This document shows positions 22,326 through 33,269 of a stretch of DNA of 64,000 bases, piece after piece. Source of the DNA: an uncultured Ruficoccus sp. (lineage in GTDB: Bacteria > Verrucomicrobiota > Verrucomicrobiia > Opitutales > Cerasicoccaceae); NCBI GenBank assembly GCA_965140785.1, contig OZ223484.1, positions 95,847 through 159,846 of the forward strand, read 5' to 3'. Made by a program: the position numbers and the translations under genes. The notes beneath the pieces were generated by a model, which saw nothing but the letters and a program-made list of their open reading frames with translations, was not told the origin of the DNA and ran no database searches. Position 1 is the first letter of the stretch. Every line of letters begins with the position of its first letter.

Positions 22326-24429
22326 ATGCGTTGTTTTGCCATTATCGCCCTGAGCCTTCTGCTCCTGCCGACGGCTTGGGGCTTCAAGCGCCCCGCCGAG
22401 TCTCAGCACACCCGGATCGAACTGGTCTCGGAGACCAACAGCCTCGCCCCCGGCTCGACCGGCTGGCTGGCGCTCCGCATGGAGATGGACCCAGGCTGGC
22501 ACACCTACTGGATCAATCCGGGCGAATTCGGCGAAACGACCAAGATCACCTGGCACCACCTGCCCGCGGGGGTCGAGATCGGCCCCATCCGCTGGCCGGC
22601 CCCGCACCTGTACGAACAGAGCGGGATCATCAACTATGTCTTCGAGGATGAGGCCTTCCTGCTCATGCCCATCACGCTGGGCAAAGACTTTCAGGGCGCG
22701 GCCCTCGCGCTCACTGGCGACGTAACCTGGCTCGAGTGCGACGAAAACCAGTGCGTCCCCGGTAAGGGCACCGTCTCTCTCACCCTGCCAGCACGCGCCG
22801 GTGCACCTGCCCCCTCGAAGTGGGTGCCCGCTCTCGAGCAGGCTCGCCAGCACTGGCCACAGGACCTCTCCGCCCAATGGAGCATTTCCGCCCACGGGAC
22901 CGACGCGGGCTTCGTGCTGACGTTAACCCCCGCTCGAAGGGGCCAACCCCGCGCCCGAGGGGGTGTATTTCTTTTCGCGCCAGCCGGTCGTTGCCCCGGC
23001 TCAGCCGCAGGTGTTTAAACAGACCGACGCGGGCACCTTCACCCTCGAACTCGTCCGCAGCGAATACGCCCCGGACAGTGTGACCACCCTGAACGGTGTC
23101 CTCCGCGCCAAAAACGGCTGGCTCTCCGACGGCGGACCCACCGCCATGGCCGTCCAGGTCAAGCTGAGCGCAGAAGGGGCAGCGGGTGCGAAAGCCGCCC
23201 CGGCAGGCGACGGCACCACCTCCGCGCAAACACCGCTGGGCGTGTTGATCGGCTTCGCCTTCCTGGGCGGACTCATCCTGAATCTGATGCCCTGCGTCTT
23301 CCCGGTGCTGGGGCTGAAGATCATGGGCTTCGTCAAGCAGGGGGGCGAAAGCCGGGGCCGGATTTTCGCCCACGGGCTGGTTTACACCCTCGGCGTGCTG
23401 ATCAGCTTCTGGGCGCTGGCCGCGGTTCTGCTCATTCTGCGGGCCGGGGGCGAACAGCTCGGCTGGGGCTTCCAACTCCAGTCCACCGGCTTCGTGCTGG
23501 CCATGACGGTCGTGCTGCTGGCCTTTGGCCTGAACATGAGCGGCATCTTCGAGGTCGGCATGTCCGCGGTCGGCGTCGGCAGCTCCCTCACGGCCAAGTC
23601 CGGCCTGGGCGGATCGTTCTTCTCCGGCATACTGGCCACGCTGGTGGCCACCCCCTGCGCGGCCCCGTTTCTGGCCCCGGCGCTGGGCGCCGCACTGGCC
23701 CTGCCCGCCACCCAGTCGGTGCTGCTCTTTACCGTGATCGGGCTCGGCCTGAGCTTTCCGTATTTGTTTTTCAGCCTCGTCCCCCGGCTGGCCAAAGCCC
23801 TCCCCCGCCCCGGCGCGTGGATGGACACGTTTAAGAAATGGCTGTCGTTCCTGCTCTATGCCACGGTCGCCTACCTGGTGTGGATTCTGGCCGGACTGGT
23901 CGAGCCGGAGCGCTTCCTCAACCTGCTTTTCGCGCTGGTCGGCGTGGCGCTGGCCTGCTGGCTCTACGGCCACTATGGCGCGCTCAGCAGCAAGCGCCGC
24001 GGCCTCGGCATCGCCGGAGCGCTAATCGTGCTGGCCGCTTCGCTCGGGCTGGGTTTCTACTCGCCCTCGAAGGACATCGTCTGGCAAAAGTGGTCGCCCG
24101 AGCTGGTGGAAAAACTCCAGGCCGAGGACCGGATCGTTTACGTGGACTTCACTGCCCGCTGGTGCGCCACCTGCCAGGTCAACAAGCGCGTGGTCTTCGG
24201 CTCGGACGCGGTGCTGGCCGCGATGAAAAAGGACGACGTCGCCCTGCTCAAGGCCGACTGGACCGCGCAGGACCCGGCCATCACCGCCGCGTTGGCCAGC
24301 TTCGGCAAGTCCGCTGTTCCCTTTAATGTCATTTACTCGCCCCACCTGAAGGAGCCTCTGGAGCTGCCCTCCCTGCTCACGCCCGACATCGTCCTGAAAG
24401 CGCTCGATGAGGCCGCGGGCAGGGACTGA
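22326..24429 (+). pseudogene. dsbD: Protein-disulfide reductase DsbD family, split by a frameshift
   Basis: N-part GWHTYWINPG and WLECDENQCVP; C-part LNLMPCVFPVL, ATPCAAP and FTARWCATC; the frames join if one C is removed from the C5 run at 22927-22931. Confidence 0.85.
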
Positions 24430-24554
24430 CCCTTTTTCAGAACAGGAAAAAGCAGCCGCCCGTGCTGCTCCACGCCGGGTGTCACTACGATTTAACAGCG
24501 GGGGGCGCATTTCGGGATGGCGTGCGCAGGCGAAAGGCTTTTAATCCGTCGGCG

Positions 24555-26702
24555 ATGGCAATGGCTAACAACGCCGATCACGCGGGTCCGGCGACTGAGA
24601 GCGACCTTCCCAGTCTGGCAGGTCATCGTCACGCCATCGCCGGAACCCTCGCCCTGGAGGCCGTCCAGCAGGAGTTCACCAAGCACCGGTTCAAGTTCAT
24701 CGCGGTGACGGAAAACGGCCGGGCCATCGGACTGTGCTCGCGGGACAAGATCAATGAAAAGCTCGGCTCGCGCTTCGGCTTCTCCATCTACTCGAAGCGC
24801 CCGGTACGCGACCACATGCTGGCCCACCCGGAGATTGTCACCGTCTCGACCGACATTCACACCGTGCTCAAGAAGGTTTTCTCCCGCCCCACCGAGCGTC
24901 TCTATGAGGACATCCTCGTGGTGGACAAGGAGCAGCGACTGGTCGGGCTGATCGCGGTGGACACGCTGATTCAGCTCCAAAACCGCCTGCTGGCCGACAA
25001 AATCCGCCTGCTGGAGCAGAACCAGCTCACCCTGCACGAGCAGAAGGCCAAGCTCGAATCCCTCACCGACCAGCTCGAAGCGGCCAACACCGAGCTTTCC
25101 CTCGCCCGCGACGACGCCCTCGAAGGTACCCGGCTCAAGTCCGAGTTTCTCGCCAACATGAGCCACGAGATCCGCACCCCGATGAACGGCATCGTCGGCA
25201 TGATCAGCCTGCTCATGGAGACCGGGCTGAACGAGGAACAGGAGCACTTCGCCACCACCGTGCAAAAGAGCGCCGATGCCCTGCTCAGCATCATCAACGA
25301 CATTCTGGACTTTTCCAAGATCGAGGCCGGCAAGCTCGAGATCAACCCCGAGGACACGCCCATCCGTGAATTGATCGAGGAGATCGTGCACATCCTGGCC
25401 GAGTCCGCCGCCCACAAACGGCTTGAGTTCATCCTCGACATCGACCCCGATGTGCCCGAGTGGCTGCGGACCGATTCGCTGCGCTACCGCCAGGTGCTGA
25501 TCAACCTGCTGGGCAACGCGATCAAGTTCACCGAGAAGGGCGAAGTCGTGGTCAAGGTCCGCATCGAGCGCGACGCCTACCGCGGTCTTTTCCTGCGCAC
25601 CGAGGTTCACGACTCGGGCATCGGCATCTCCCGGCCCAGTCAGGACCGGCTGTTTCAGGCCTTTATCCAGGGCGACGGCTCCACCAACCGCAGGTACGGC
25701 GGCACCGGTCTGGGGCTGGCCATCTCTCGCAAGCTGGTCACGCTGATGGAGGGATTCATGGGCTGCGAAAGCGCCAAGGGGCAGGGCGCGACCTTCTGGT
25801 TCGACCTGCCGCTGGGCGGCAGCGGCCCCACCGAAGCGCGTCCCATCCACTACACCCTGCCCGCGGGTCTGCGGACGCTGGTGGTGGACGACCATGCGGT
25901 GGCCCGCGACATTCTCTGCCGCCAGCTCGCCCTACTCGGCCTCACGGCTCAGAGCGCCGAGAGCGGAGCCGCCGGGCTGCGCACCATCCGCGAGGCCTAC
26001 CAGCGCGGGGAACCCTTCGACTATGTGCTGCTCGATCTGGACATGCCTGAGATGGACGGCCTTGAGGTGTGCCGGCACATTTCCCAGGACCCCGATCTGG
26101 ACGAGTTGCGCGTCATCCTGCTGACCACCGTCGGCCAGAGCTCGAACCGGCGTAAGTTCAGCGAATTCGGCATCAACAAGACCCTTTATAAGCCCGTCTG
26201 CCCGTCCGACCTGGAACAGGTCCTGCACAGCCTTAAGCCCGAACAGGCGGCCAGCGCGCGGCAGCCCCGGCCCGGAAATGAGCCACCCGCCCCAGCCTCT
26301 CTCCCCCGGCTTGCGCCCATGCGCATCCTTCTGGCCGAGGACAGCGAAGCCAACCAGGAGGTCGCCATCCGCATCCTGGAAAAGCTCGGCTGCGAGGTCT
26401 TTCTGGCGGTGGACGGCAACCAGGCGCTCGACCTGCTGCGGGCGGGCGAGTTCGACTGCATTTTAATGGATTGTCAGATGCCCCGGCTCGACGGCTACGC
26501 GGCCACCCGCGCCATCCGCGAGGGCTACCACGGCATCCTGCAAAAGGACATTCACATCATCGCCATGACCGCGCACGCCATGCAGGGCGATAAACAGAAA
26601 TGCCTCCAGGCCGGTATGAACGACTACCTGAGCAAGCCCGTTACCCTCCAGCGCGTGGCCGAGACTCTCAGCCACTTCCAGCACAACCGGCAGAAGCGGT
26701 AG
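24555..26702 (+). CDS. Hybrid sensor histidine kinase with N-terminal CBS-like domains and two receiver domains
   Basis: FLANMSHEIRTPMNG, NLLGNAIKFT, DSGIG, GGTGLGLAI; two REC domains (LLDLDMP, LMDCQMP); no TM segment. Confidence 0.9.
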   Translation: MAMANNADHAGPATESDLPSLAGHRHAIAGTLALEAVQQEFTKHRFKFIAVTENGRAIGLCSRDKINEKLGSRFGFSIYSKRPVRDHMLAHPEIVTVSTDIHTVLKKVFSRPTERLYEDILVVDKEQRLVGLIAVDTLIQLQNRLLADKIRLLEQNQLTLHEQKAKLESLTDQLEAANTELSLARDDALEGTRLKSEFLANMSHEIRTPMNGIVGMISLLMETGLNEEQEHFATTVQKSADALLSIINDILDFSKIEAGKLEINPEDTPIRELIEEIVHILAESAAHKRLEFILDIDPDVPEWLRTDSLRYRQVLINLLGNAIKFTEKGEVVVKVRIERDAYRGLFLRTEVHDSGIGISRPSQDRLFQAFIQGDGSTNRRYGGTGLGLAISRKLVTLMEGFMGCESAKGQGATFWFDLPLGGSGPTEARPIHYTLPAGLRTLVVDDHAVARDILCRQLALLGLTAQSAESGAAGLRTIREAYQRGEPFDYVLLDLDMPEMDGLEVCRHISQDPDLDELRVILLTTVGQSSNRRKFSEFGINKTLYKPVCPSDLEQVLHSLKPEQAASARQPRPGNEPPAPASLPRLAPMRILLAEDSEANQEVAIRILEKLGCEVFLAVDGNQALDLLRAGEFDCILMDCQMPRLDGYAATRAIREGYHGILQKDIHIIAMTAHAMQGDKQKCLQAGMNDYLSKPVTLQRVAETLSHFQHNRQKR

Positions 26703-26720
26703 CGTAATTTAAATAAGAGC

Positions 26721-26759
26721 GGTCACGAAGAGCACAAAGAAGGCACGGAGGGCACGAAG
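26721..26759 (+). repeat. 39-bp CACGAAG-rich repeat, third copy
   Basis: ggtcacgaagagcacaaagaaggcacggagggcacgaag. Confidence 0.65.
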
Positions 26760-26989
26760 TAGCAGGACAGAGTCCTGCACCTGTGATGCTTCCGCATCAC
26801 TGATGCCGCCGCCAACGCGGCTGCATGGGCAACCCGTGATTGACGCCGGCTCAAACGAACTTCGCCAAGCACCACCTGCGGGAGGCGCGAAACCTGAAGG
26901 CAAATTGGTATTGACTACAAGTATTTCCCGGTAGAGCCCGGGTGGCTTCGTTTAAACCGCTTAAAAAAACGCTGAGGCCATTCACCCCG

Positions 26990-27361
26990 CTACCGCAGGA
27001 AGACAACGCTGACCACGAGGTTGACCATCATGCCCATGCGGATGGCCCCCTCCAGCGTCATGATGACCAGCGCCCATCGCAGCCCGGCCATCCGCCGCAG
27101 GCCCATGGCGAGAACCGTCACGGTCAGCATGATCATGCCTTGCAGGCCGCCCCAGGGGCTGAACATCAGCGCCGCCAGATACACCCACAGCGCCAGCCGA
27201 AACGCCAGCCACAGCGCGGACACCCACTCGGGCGGTCGCCGTTCGCTCTCCAGCGGATGCGTCCCGCTGCGAATCTGCCGGATGCCGATGTAGCGCTCCA
27301 CCAGGACAAGCTGCACCAGCTCGAACAGGATGAAGACCGGCGCCAGCATGACGATAAACAT
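26990..27361 (-). CDS. Hypothetical membrane protein
   Basis: 123 aa with about four hydrophobic segments. Confidence 0.65.
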   Translation of the reverse strand: MFIVMLAPVFILFELVQLVLVERYIGIRQIRSGTHPLESERRPPEWVSALWLAFRLALWVYLAALMFSPWGGLQGMIMLTVTVLAMGLRRMAGLRWALVIMTLEGAIRMGMMVNLVVSVVFLR

Positions 27362-27525
27362 GACCCCTTACCCTTAGCCGGATTCGCCCCACGCGGCAAG
27401 GCCACGCGCCGGAAACTTCGCGAAGGGCTCCGGCACCCTTTTCAACTCCGGCTTGACCTCGGCGGCGGTTCGGCCTCAATTTACCCGTTTCCCAACAACC
27501 GATTTTCAACCACGAAGTAACCACC

Positions 27526-29400
27526 ATGTCCACCCAAGCACCCGAAACCCACGAATTCCAGGCCGAGGTCAAACAGGTCCTCGATATCGTCGTCCACTCC
27601 CTCTACACGGACAAGGACATCTTCGTCCGCGAACTTGTCTCCAACGCCTCCGACGCGCTGGAAAAGCTGCGCCACACGCAGTTGACCGAGCAGGACATCC
27701 TCGATGACAACCTCGGGCTGGAGATTAACATCACCACCGACGACAAGGCCAACACGATCACCATCCAGGACTTCGGCATCGGCATGACCCGCGACGAGCT
27801 GGTGGAGAACCTCGGCACCATCGCCCACTCCGGCTCGAAGGCGTTCCTCAATGCGATCAAGGAAAACGGCGGCATGAACGAGAACCTGATCGGCCAGTTC
27901 GGCGTCGGCTTCTACAGCGTTTTCATGGTGGCCAAAGAGGTGAAGGTCTATACCCGCTCCTGGAAAAAAGACAGCGAGGGCTTCCTGTGGACTTCCGACG
28001 GTTCGGGCAAATACACCCTCGAACCGGCCGAGGGCCAGCGCCGCGGGACGAAGATCGTCATCGCCCTTCAGGACGAGTACAAGGAGTTCGCCCAGGAAAG
28101 CCGCGTCAAGGACATCCTCGAGCGCTACTCCAGCTTCATCGAGTTCCCGGTCAACCTCAATGGCGAGAAAGTCAACACGACCCAGGCCGTCTGGCTCAAG
28201 AACAAGAACGATGTATCCGAAGATGAATACAAGGAGTTCTACAAGTTCCAGGCCAAGGCGTTCGACGAGCCGATGGACTGGATGCACTTCTCCGCCGACG
28301 CGCCGCTGGCGGTCAACGCGTTGATCTACGTCCCCGGCTCGAATCCCGAGCTGCTGGGCTTCGGGCGTACCGAGCCCGCCGTGGCCCTGCACTGCCGCAA
28401 GATTCTCATCGACCCCGAGCCGCCGGAGCTGCTACCCGAGTGGCTGCGCTTCCTCAAGGGCGTGGTCGATTCGGCCGACTTGCCGCTGAATATTTCGCGC
28501 GAGTCGATGCAGGACAGCTCGCTGGTCAAGCGCCTGGGCGAAGTCATCAGCAAGCGCTTCATCAAGCACCTGGCCGAGGTTTCGCGCAAGGACGCCGAGA
28601 AGTTTGAAAAGATCTGGCGCACCTTCGGCGTGTTCCTCAAGGAAGGCGTGGCCACGGACTTCACCCACCGCGAAAAGCTCTCCGAGCTGCTGCGCTTCGA
28701 GTCCTCCGAGACCGAGCCGGGTAAGCTGACCAGCCTCCAGGCCTACGTGGACCGCATGAAGGAGGACCAGAAGGCGATCTACTTCCTCGCCGGTCCCAGC
28801 CGCAAGGCCATCGAATCCGGCCCCTACCTGGAGGCCTTCAAGGCCCGCTCGCTGGAGGTGATCTACTGCCTGGAGCCGATCGACGACTTCGTCATGCAGC
28901 ACCTGCGCCAGTTCAAGGAAAAGGAGCTGACCAGCGCCGATCAGGACGAGCTCGACCTGGGCGACGCCACGAAGGAGGCCGAAGGTGAAGAACTGCCCCA
29001 GGAGCAGCTCGACGCCCTCTGCGCCTGGCTGAAGGAAACGCTCGGCGAGGACCGCGTGAAGGACGTCAGCGCCGGTAAGCGCCTGGTGGACAGCCCTGCG
29101 CTCGCGCTCAACGCCGACAAGATGATGACCTCCCACATGCGCCGCATGATGAAGGCCATGGCCCAGGCCCGCGGGGAAGACGCCGACAAGGACATGCCCA
29201 CCCTCGTTAACCTTGAGCTCAACCCGCGCCACGGCCTGATCAAGCACCTCTGCGAACTCAAGGACAAGGACGCCGACACCGCGAAGCTCGTGGCCGAGCA
29301 GGTTTACGACAACGCGCTCATCTCCGCCGGAATGCTGGAGGACCCCCGCGCCATGATCAACCGCCTGTACCAGTTACTGGAAAAGGTCGGACCGGCCTGA
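27526..29400 (+). CDS. htpG: Molecular chaperone HtpG (Hsp90)
   Basis: FQAEV, RELVSNASDA, NLGTIAHSG, IGQFGVGFYS, DLPLNISRE. Confidence 0.98.
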   Translation: MSTQAPETHEFQAEVKQVLDIVVHSLYTDKDIFVRELVSNASDALEKLRHTQLTEQDILDDNLGLEINITTDDKANTITIQDFGIGMTRDELVENLGTIAHSGSKAFLNAIKENGGMNENLIGQFGVGFYSVFMVAKEVKVYTRSWKKDSEGFLWTSDGSGKYTLEPAEGQRRGTKIVIALQDEYKEFAQESRVKDILERYSSFIEFPVNLNGEKVNTTQAVWLKNKNDVSEDEYKEFYKFQAKAFDEPMDWMHFSADAPLAVNALIYVPGSNPELLGFGRTEPAVALHCRKILIDPEPPELLPEWLRFLKGVVDSADLPLNISRESMQDSSLVKRLGEVISKRFIKHLAEVSRKDAEKFEKIWRTFGVFLKEGVATDFTHREKLSELLRFESSETEPGKLTSLQAYVDRMKEDQKAIYFLAGPSRKAIESGPYLEAFKARSLEVIYCLEPIDDFVMQHLRQFKEKELTSADQDELDLGDATKEAEGEELPQEQLDALCAWLKETLGEDRVKDVSAGKRLVDSPALALNADKMMTSHMRRMMKAMAQARGEDADKDMPTLVNLELNPRHGLIKHLCELKDKDADTAKLVAEQVYDNALISAGMLEDPRAMINRLYQLLEKVGPA

Positions 29401-29428
29401 GCCAGCGTTTAGAGATTCAGTTTTACCC

Positions 29429-29458
29429 AAAGCCCGCGACTTAGCTCGCGGGCTTTTT
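29429..29458 (+). terminator. Intrinsic terminator after htpG
   Basis: AAAGCCCGCGA-cttagc-TCGCGGGC-TTTTT. Confidence 0.85.
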
Positions 29459-29601
29459 CATGGACTCCGCACAATGGATGCGGAGGCCTATGGGGAGATA
29501 GCCGGCGGGAGCATCCGTTGTTATTCTGGGTGGGCGGCGCGAGGAAATCTCCGGCCCCGCTTCGGGCTTTCCATGCGGGCGGATTCCGTTAAGCTGAGGA
29601 A

Positions 29602-30081
29602 ATGAGATACGCCCCTCTTACCGCCATCGCCCTCCTCGTTCTGCTCAGCCTGACCGGAGCCTCCCAGGCCCGGGGAGACACCAGCACGCCTTCCAACCAG
29701 CTATCCCTCAAGCAACTTCCCGAGCCTCTCAGCCAGAGCGTCTCCGCCTACCTGCGCGGCGGCAACAGCTCGGCGGTGACCACGCTTCTCAATAACTACC
29801 CGCTCGCGCGCAGCCGCGCGGGCTTCGCCAACAAGGTGCGGCAGGCTTTCGCTCAGGCCGAAAGCGATCTGAGCGTGCTGCTTCAGGTCGAGCCGATCTT
29901 TGTGCGCAGGATCACCGAGAGCTACCGCCAGTACTACCTGCTGTACTGCTACCGCGACGGGGTGCTCTTCGCCCGCTTCGACTTCTACCGCTCCGGGAAC
30001 AATGACTACGTGGTCGATTGCGAGTTCTCGCGCGACCCGGATAAAATCCTCCCTCCGCTGAGCGAAAACGTGGAGTACTGA
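29602..30081 (+). CDS. Hypothetical secreted protein
   Basis: Signal peptide; 159-aa ORF with host-like codon usage. Confidence 0.7.
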   Translation: MRYAPLTAIALLVLLSLTGASQARGDTSTPSNQLSLKQLPEPLSQSVSAYLRGGNSSAVTTLLNNYPLARSRAGFANKVRQAFAQAESDLSVLLQVEPIFVRRITESYRQYYLLYCYRDGVLFARFDFYRSGNNDYVVDCEFSRDPDKILPPLSENVEY

Positions 30082-30118
30082 ACGCGATAGTCTGGCGTCA
30101 GATCATATCTTTCTCATC

Positions 30119-30496
30119 ATGAAACCCCAGTCACTTATGCTCAGTCTCCTTCTCTTGCTGCCGCTCAGCGGCTGCACGGAGAAGAAAACCGATACCCCTT
30201 CTGCCCCTCCACCTTCGGCGCTACCCTACAGCGCCCATCTGGAGCTGCAGCTCGGACAGCCGGTGATTCTACAATTCAGGCGCGACGCCCTTGGAGTCGC
30301 AACCCAAAACGGCATCAGCCCGGACACCGACATCTACAATGGTGCCCGAATGTCGATCAAAGGGGTGTTGAAAGCCGTCGAAGCCCACGGGGTCATTGTA
30401 AAAACTCACCCCAAAGCACAAACCTGTTGGGTGCCCTGGGAGGCGGTCTTGCTCATTCGCACTGACGACAAGTCTTCCGCAAGTGCGCCACAATAA
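30119..30496 (+). CDS. Hypothetical lipoprotein
   Basis: Lipobox LPLSGC. Confidence 0.7.
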   Translation: MKPQSLMLSLLLLLPLSGCTEKKTDTPSAPPPSALPYSAHLELQLGQPVILQFRRDALGVATQNGISPDTDIYNGARMSIKGVLKAVEAHGVIVKTHPKAQTCWVPWEAVLLIRTDDKSSASAPQ

Positions 30497-30537
30497 AACG
30501 CGGCACGCATTACCTGCAATAAGAGAGCACAAGCCCC

Positions 30538-31539
30538 CTACTCCGCCACTTCCGCAAACACCGTCAGATACCGCCGGGCGATGGCCTCGGCGGTGTGGCG
30601 GGCGAGGTGTTCGGGGGCGTTGGCCAGGAGGGTCTGGCAGCGGGCGTCGTTGCCGAGGAGGGCGCGCAGTTCGCCGCGCAGGCTGCCGGCGTTGTTGTTG
30701 GGGAAGGTGACGCCGCACGGGCCGATGGCGTCGGGCAGGCCGCCGCCGACCGAGACGACCGGCACGCAGCCGCAGGCGATCCCCTCCAACGCGACGATCC
30801 CGAAGGGCTCGTTCCAGCGCGAGGGCACGGCAAGGACTTTATGGCGGTTGAGCAGCGCGACCAGCGCGGGGCCGGACTGGGCGCCGGTGAAAACAATGTC
30901 GCGGTCTTTGGCGCGGGCCTCCAGCCCGGCACGGTCGGGACCGTCCCCGATGATGGTACAGGAGGCCGGTTGGCCGTCAGGCGTGCTCAGCCCGTCGAGC
31001 GCGTCGATGAGCAGGTCCGCCCCCTTGTCCGAAACGAGCCGCCCGAGAAAGGCCACGTCGCGGTCCTTCGGGATCGCGGCGTCGCGGCGGAAAAGCTCGT
31101 CGCGGTACGGGTTGCCGATGATGACGGGCTGGCCGGGGAGAGCCTCGCCGATGGCACGGGAGATGGCGACATTGCGCACGCGCGAGGAGGCGAGTTTTTT
31201 TAAAAGATCCTGCCAGCCGGTGCGCCCGTCGGGGCGCATGAGCCAGGTCTGGTGCGTGACCACGGTGGGGGTGCCCTTGAGCAGGGCGGGGCCGAGCGTT
31301 TTCAGGCTGATATTGTTCTGCCAAAAAACCTCGCACCAGCCCAAGAGGGACTTGAGCTCGCCGCCGCCGGGCTGACGGTGGACGGCGCAGGGAAATGTAT
31401 CGGGCTCGCCGGCGGGGGTCTGCGTGACCACCTGCACCTCGTGCCCGAGCCGGACGAACGTCTCCGCCAGCATGGCCGAGACCGTCTCAATCCCTCCCAC
31501 ACTGGGGTGAAAAACATGGGACCCAACGAGGATTCGCAT
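30538..31539 (-). CDS. Glycosyltransferase family 4
   Basis: GGIET, FLGRLVSDKG, PSRWNEPFGIVALEG. Confidence 0.92.
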   Translation of the reverse strand: MRILVGSHVFHPSVGGIETVSAMLAETFVRLGHEVQVVTQTPAGEPDTFPCAVHRQPGGGELKSLLGWCEVFWQNNISLKTLGPALLKGTPTVVTHQTWLMRPDGRTGWQDLLKKLASSRVRNVAISRAIGEALPGQPVIIGNPYRDELFRRDAAIPKDRDVAFLGRLVSDKGADLLIDALDGLSTPDGQPASCTIIGDGPDRAGLEARAKDRDIVFTGAQSGPALVALLNRHKVLAVPSRWNEPFGIVALEGIACGCVPVVSVGGGLPDAIGPCGVTFPNNNAGSLRGELRALLGNDARCQTLLANAPEHLARHTAEAIARRYLTVFAEVAE

Positions 31540-31659
31540 TGCGGTTAAATTGCCTCATGCGCAAGACTGGGAGTCAACCCGCATTTAGCCGAATTTCGAG
31601 AATCCCCCGCCAGCGGGCGACTCGCAACGCGCATTAATCACCCCCAACCGATTTCTCTC

Positions 31660-33027
31660 ATGGCCCTGCAAACCGTCAACCCCGCCACCGGCGAACTTAT
31701 ACGCGAGTACCCGGAGATGGAACTGCCGGAAATCCTCTCCATCCTCGACAAGGTGCAGGCGGACTTCGAACTGTGGCGCGAGCGCCCGGTGGCCAAGCGC
31801 GCCGCGATGTTCCAGCGCCTGGCCGAGATCCTGCGCACGGAAAAGGAAACCCACGCCGCGGTCATGACGAAGGAAATGGGCAAGCCGCACAAGGAGGCCG
31901 TCTCCGAGGTCGAGAAATGTGCCTGGGTCTGCGAATACTACGCCGAGCACGGCGCGGACTTCCTGTCCGACCAGCCGATCGAGACGGAGGCGAGCGAGAG
32001 CTTCGTCACCTTTCAGCCGCTGGGGATTGTGCTCGCGGTCATGCCGTGGAATTTCCCCTTCTGGCAGGTCTTCCGCGCCGCGGTCCCGGCTCTGGTGGCG
32101 GGCAACGCCGTCGTCCTCAAGCACGCCTCCAACGTGCCCGAGTGCGCACTGACCATTGAGGCGATTTTTCACCGGGCGGGGTTCCCCCTGAACATTTTCC
32201 GCACCCTCATGGTGACCTCGGCCCATGCGTCCATCGCGGTGGCGCATCCCTTCGTGCAGGGCGTCACGCTGACCGGTTCCGAGGAGGCGGGCAAAAAAAT
32301 CGCCGCCCAGGCCGGCACGCAGTTGAAAAAAACCGTGCTCGAACTCGGCGGTTCCGACGCCTACCTCGTGCTGGCGGACGCCGACATCGAGACCGCGGCC
32401 AAGACCTGCGTCACCTCGCGCATGATCAACGGCGGCCAGAGCTGCATCGCCGCCAAGCGCTTCATCGTGGTCGAGGAGGTGCGGGAGGAATTCGAACAAG
32501 CCGTCGTCGCCGCCATGCGGGAATACCCGATGGCCGACCCGGCGGAAAAAGACACCCGGCTCGGCCCCATGGCCCGCGCCGACCTGCGCGACGAGCTGCA
32601 CGGCCAGGTCCGCCGCTGCGTGGCCGAGGGCGCGGAGCTCCTGCTCGGGGGCGAGGTTCCGCAAAAATCCGGCGCCTGGTACCCGGCCACCGTCCTGACT
32701 GCCGTCAAGCCCGGCATGCCCGCCTACTCGGACGAGCTGTTTGGCCCGGTGGCAGCCATCATCCCGGTCAGGGACGAGGCCGAGGGCATCGCCGTGGCCA
32801 ACGACACGCGCTTCGGCCTGGGCGGGGCGGTCTTCACCCAAAACGTGGACAAGGGCCGCAAGCTGGCGCGCGAAGAGCTTCACAGCGGCACGGTCGCGGT
32901 TAACGACTTCGTCCGCAGCGACCCGCGCCTGCCCTTCGGCGGCATCCGCCAGAGCGGCTACGGACGCGAACTGGCGAGCTTTGGCATCCGCGAGTTTGTC
33001 AATATCAAGACCGTGGTGATAAAGTAA
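31660..33027 (+). CDS. NAD-dependent succinate-semialdehyde dehydrogenase family ALDH
   Basis: MPWNFPFWQ, LELGGSD, GQSCIAAKR, ELFGPV, GYGREL. Confidence 0.92.
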   Translation: MALQTVNPATGELIREYPEMELPEILSILDKVQADFELWRERPVAKRAAMFQRLAEILRTEKETHAAVMTKEMGKPHKEAVSEVEKCAWVCEYYAEHGADFLSDQPIETEASESFVTFQPLGIVLAVMPWNFPFWQVFRAAVPALVAGNAVVLKHASNVPECALTIEAIFHRAGFPLNIFRTLMVTSAHASIAVAHPFVQGVTLTGSEEAGKKIAAQAGTQLKKTVLELGGSDAYLVLADADIETAAKTCVTSRMINGGQSCIAAKRFIVVEEVREEFEQAVVAAMREYPMADPAEKDTRLGPMARADLRDELHGQVRRCVAEGAELLLGGEVPQKSGAWYPATVLTAVKPGMPAYSDELFGPVAAIIPVRDEAEGIAVANDTRFGLGGAVFTQNVDKGRKLAREELHSGTVAVNDFVRSDPRLPFGGIRQSGYGRELASFGIREFVNIKTVVIK

Positions 33028-33050
33028 ACCCCAGCCTCCCTATCCCCATC

Positions 33051-33269
33051 ATGGGCCCCAACCATCCTTCCGTAAAACTCCTCAAGCGGGCGAGTTTAGC
33101 GCCCATTCCCCTGGCACTGCTGGTCATGATTCCCATCGGCTTTAAACCTGACGATGTGACGCTGGCACACGGCCAGGCTATGTTCTGCAGTGCGCTTGCC
33201 GCCTTGCTCGTTTCCGTCATAAACTACAGCTACTTCAATAAGGCGATCCGCGACACCACCGGAAAATGA
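33051..33269 (+). CDS. Small hypothetical membrane protein
   Basis: 72 aa with two hydrophobic segments, co-oriented with neighbours. Confidence 0.45.
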   Translation: MGPNHPSVKLLKRASLAPIPLALLVMIPIGFKPDDVTLAHGQAMFCSALAALLVSVINYSYFNKAIRDTTGK

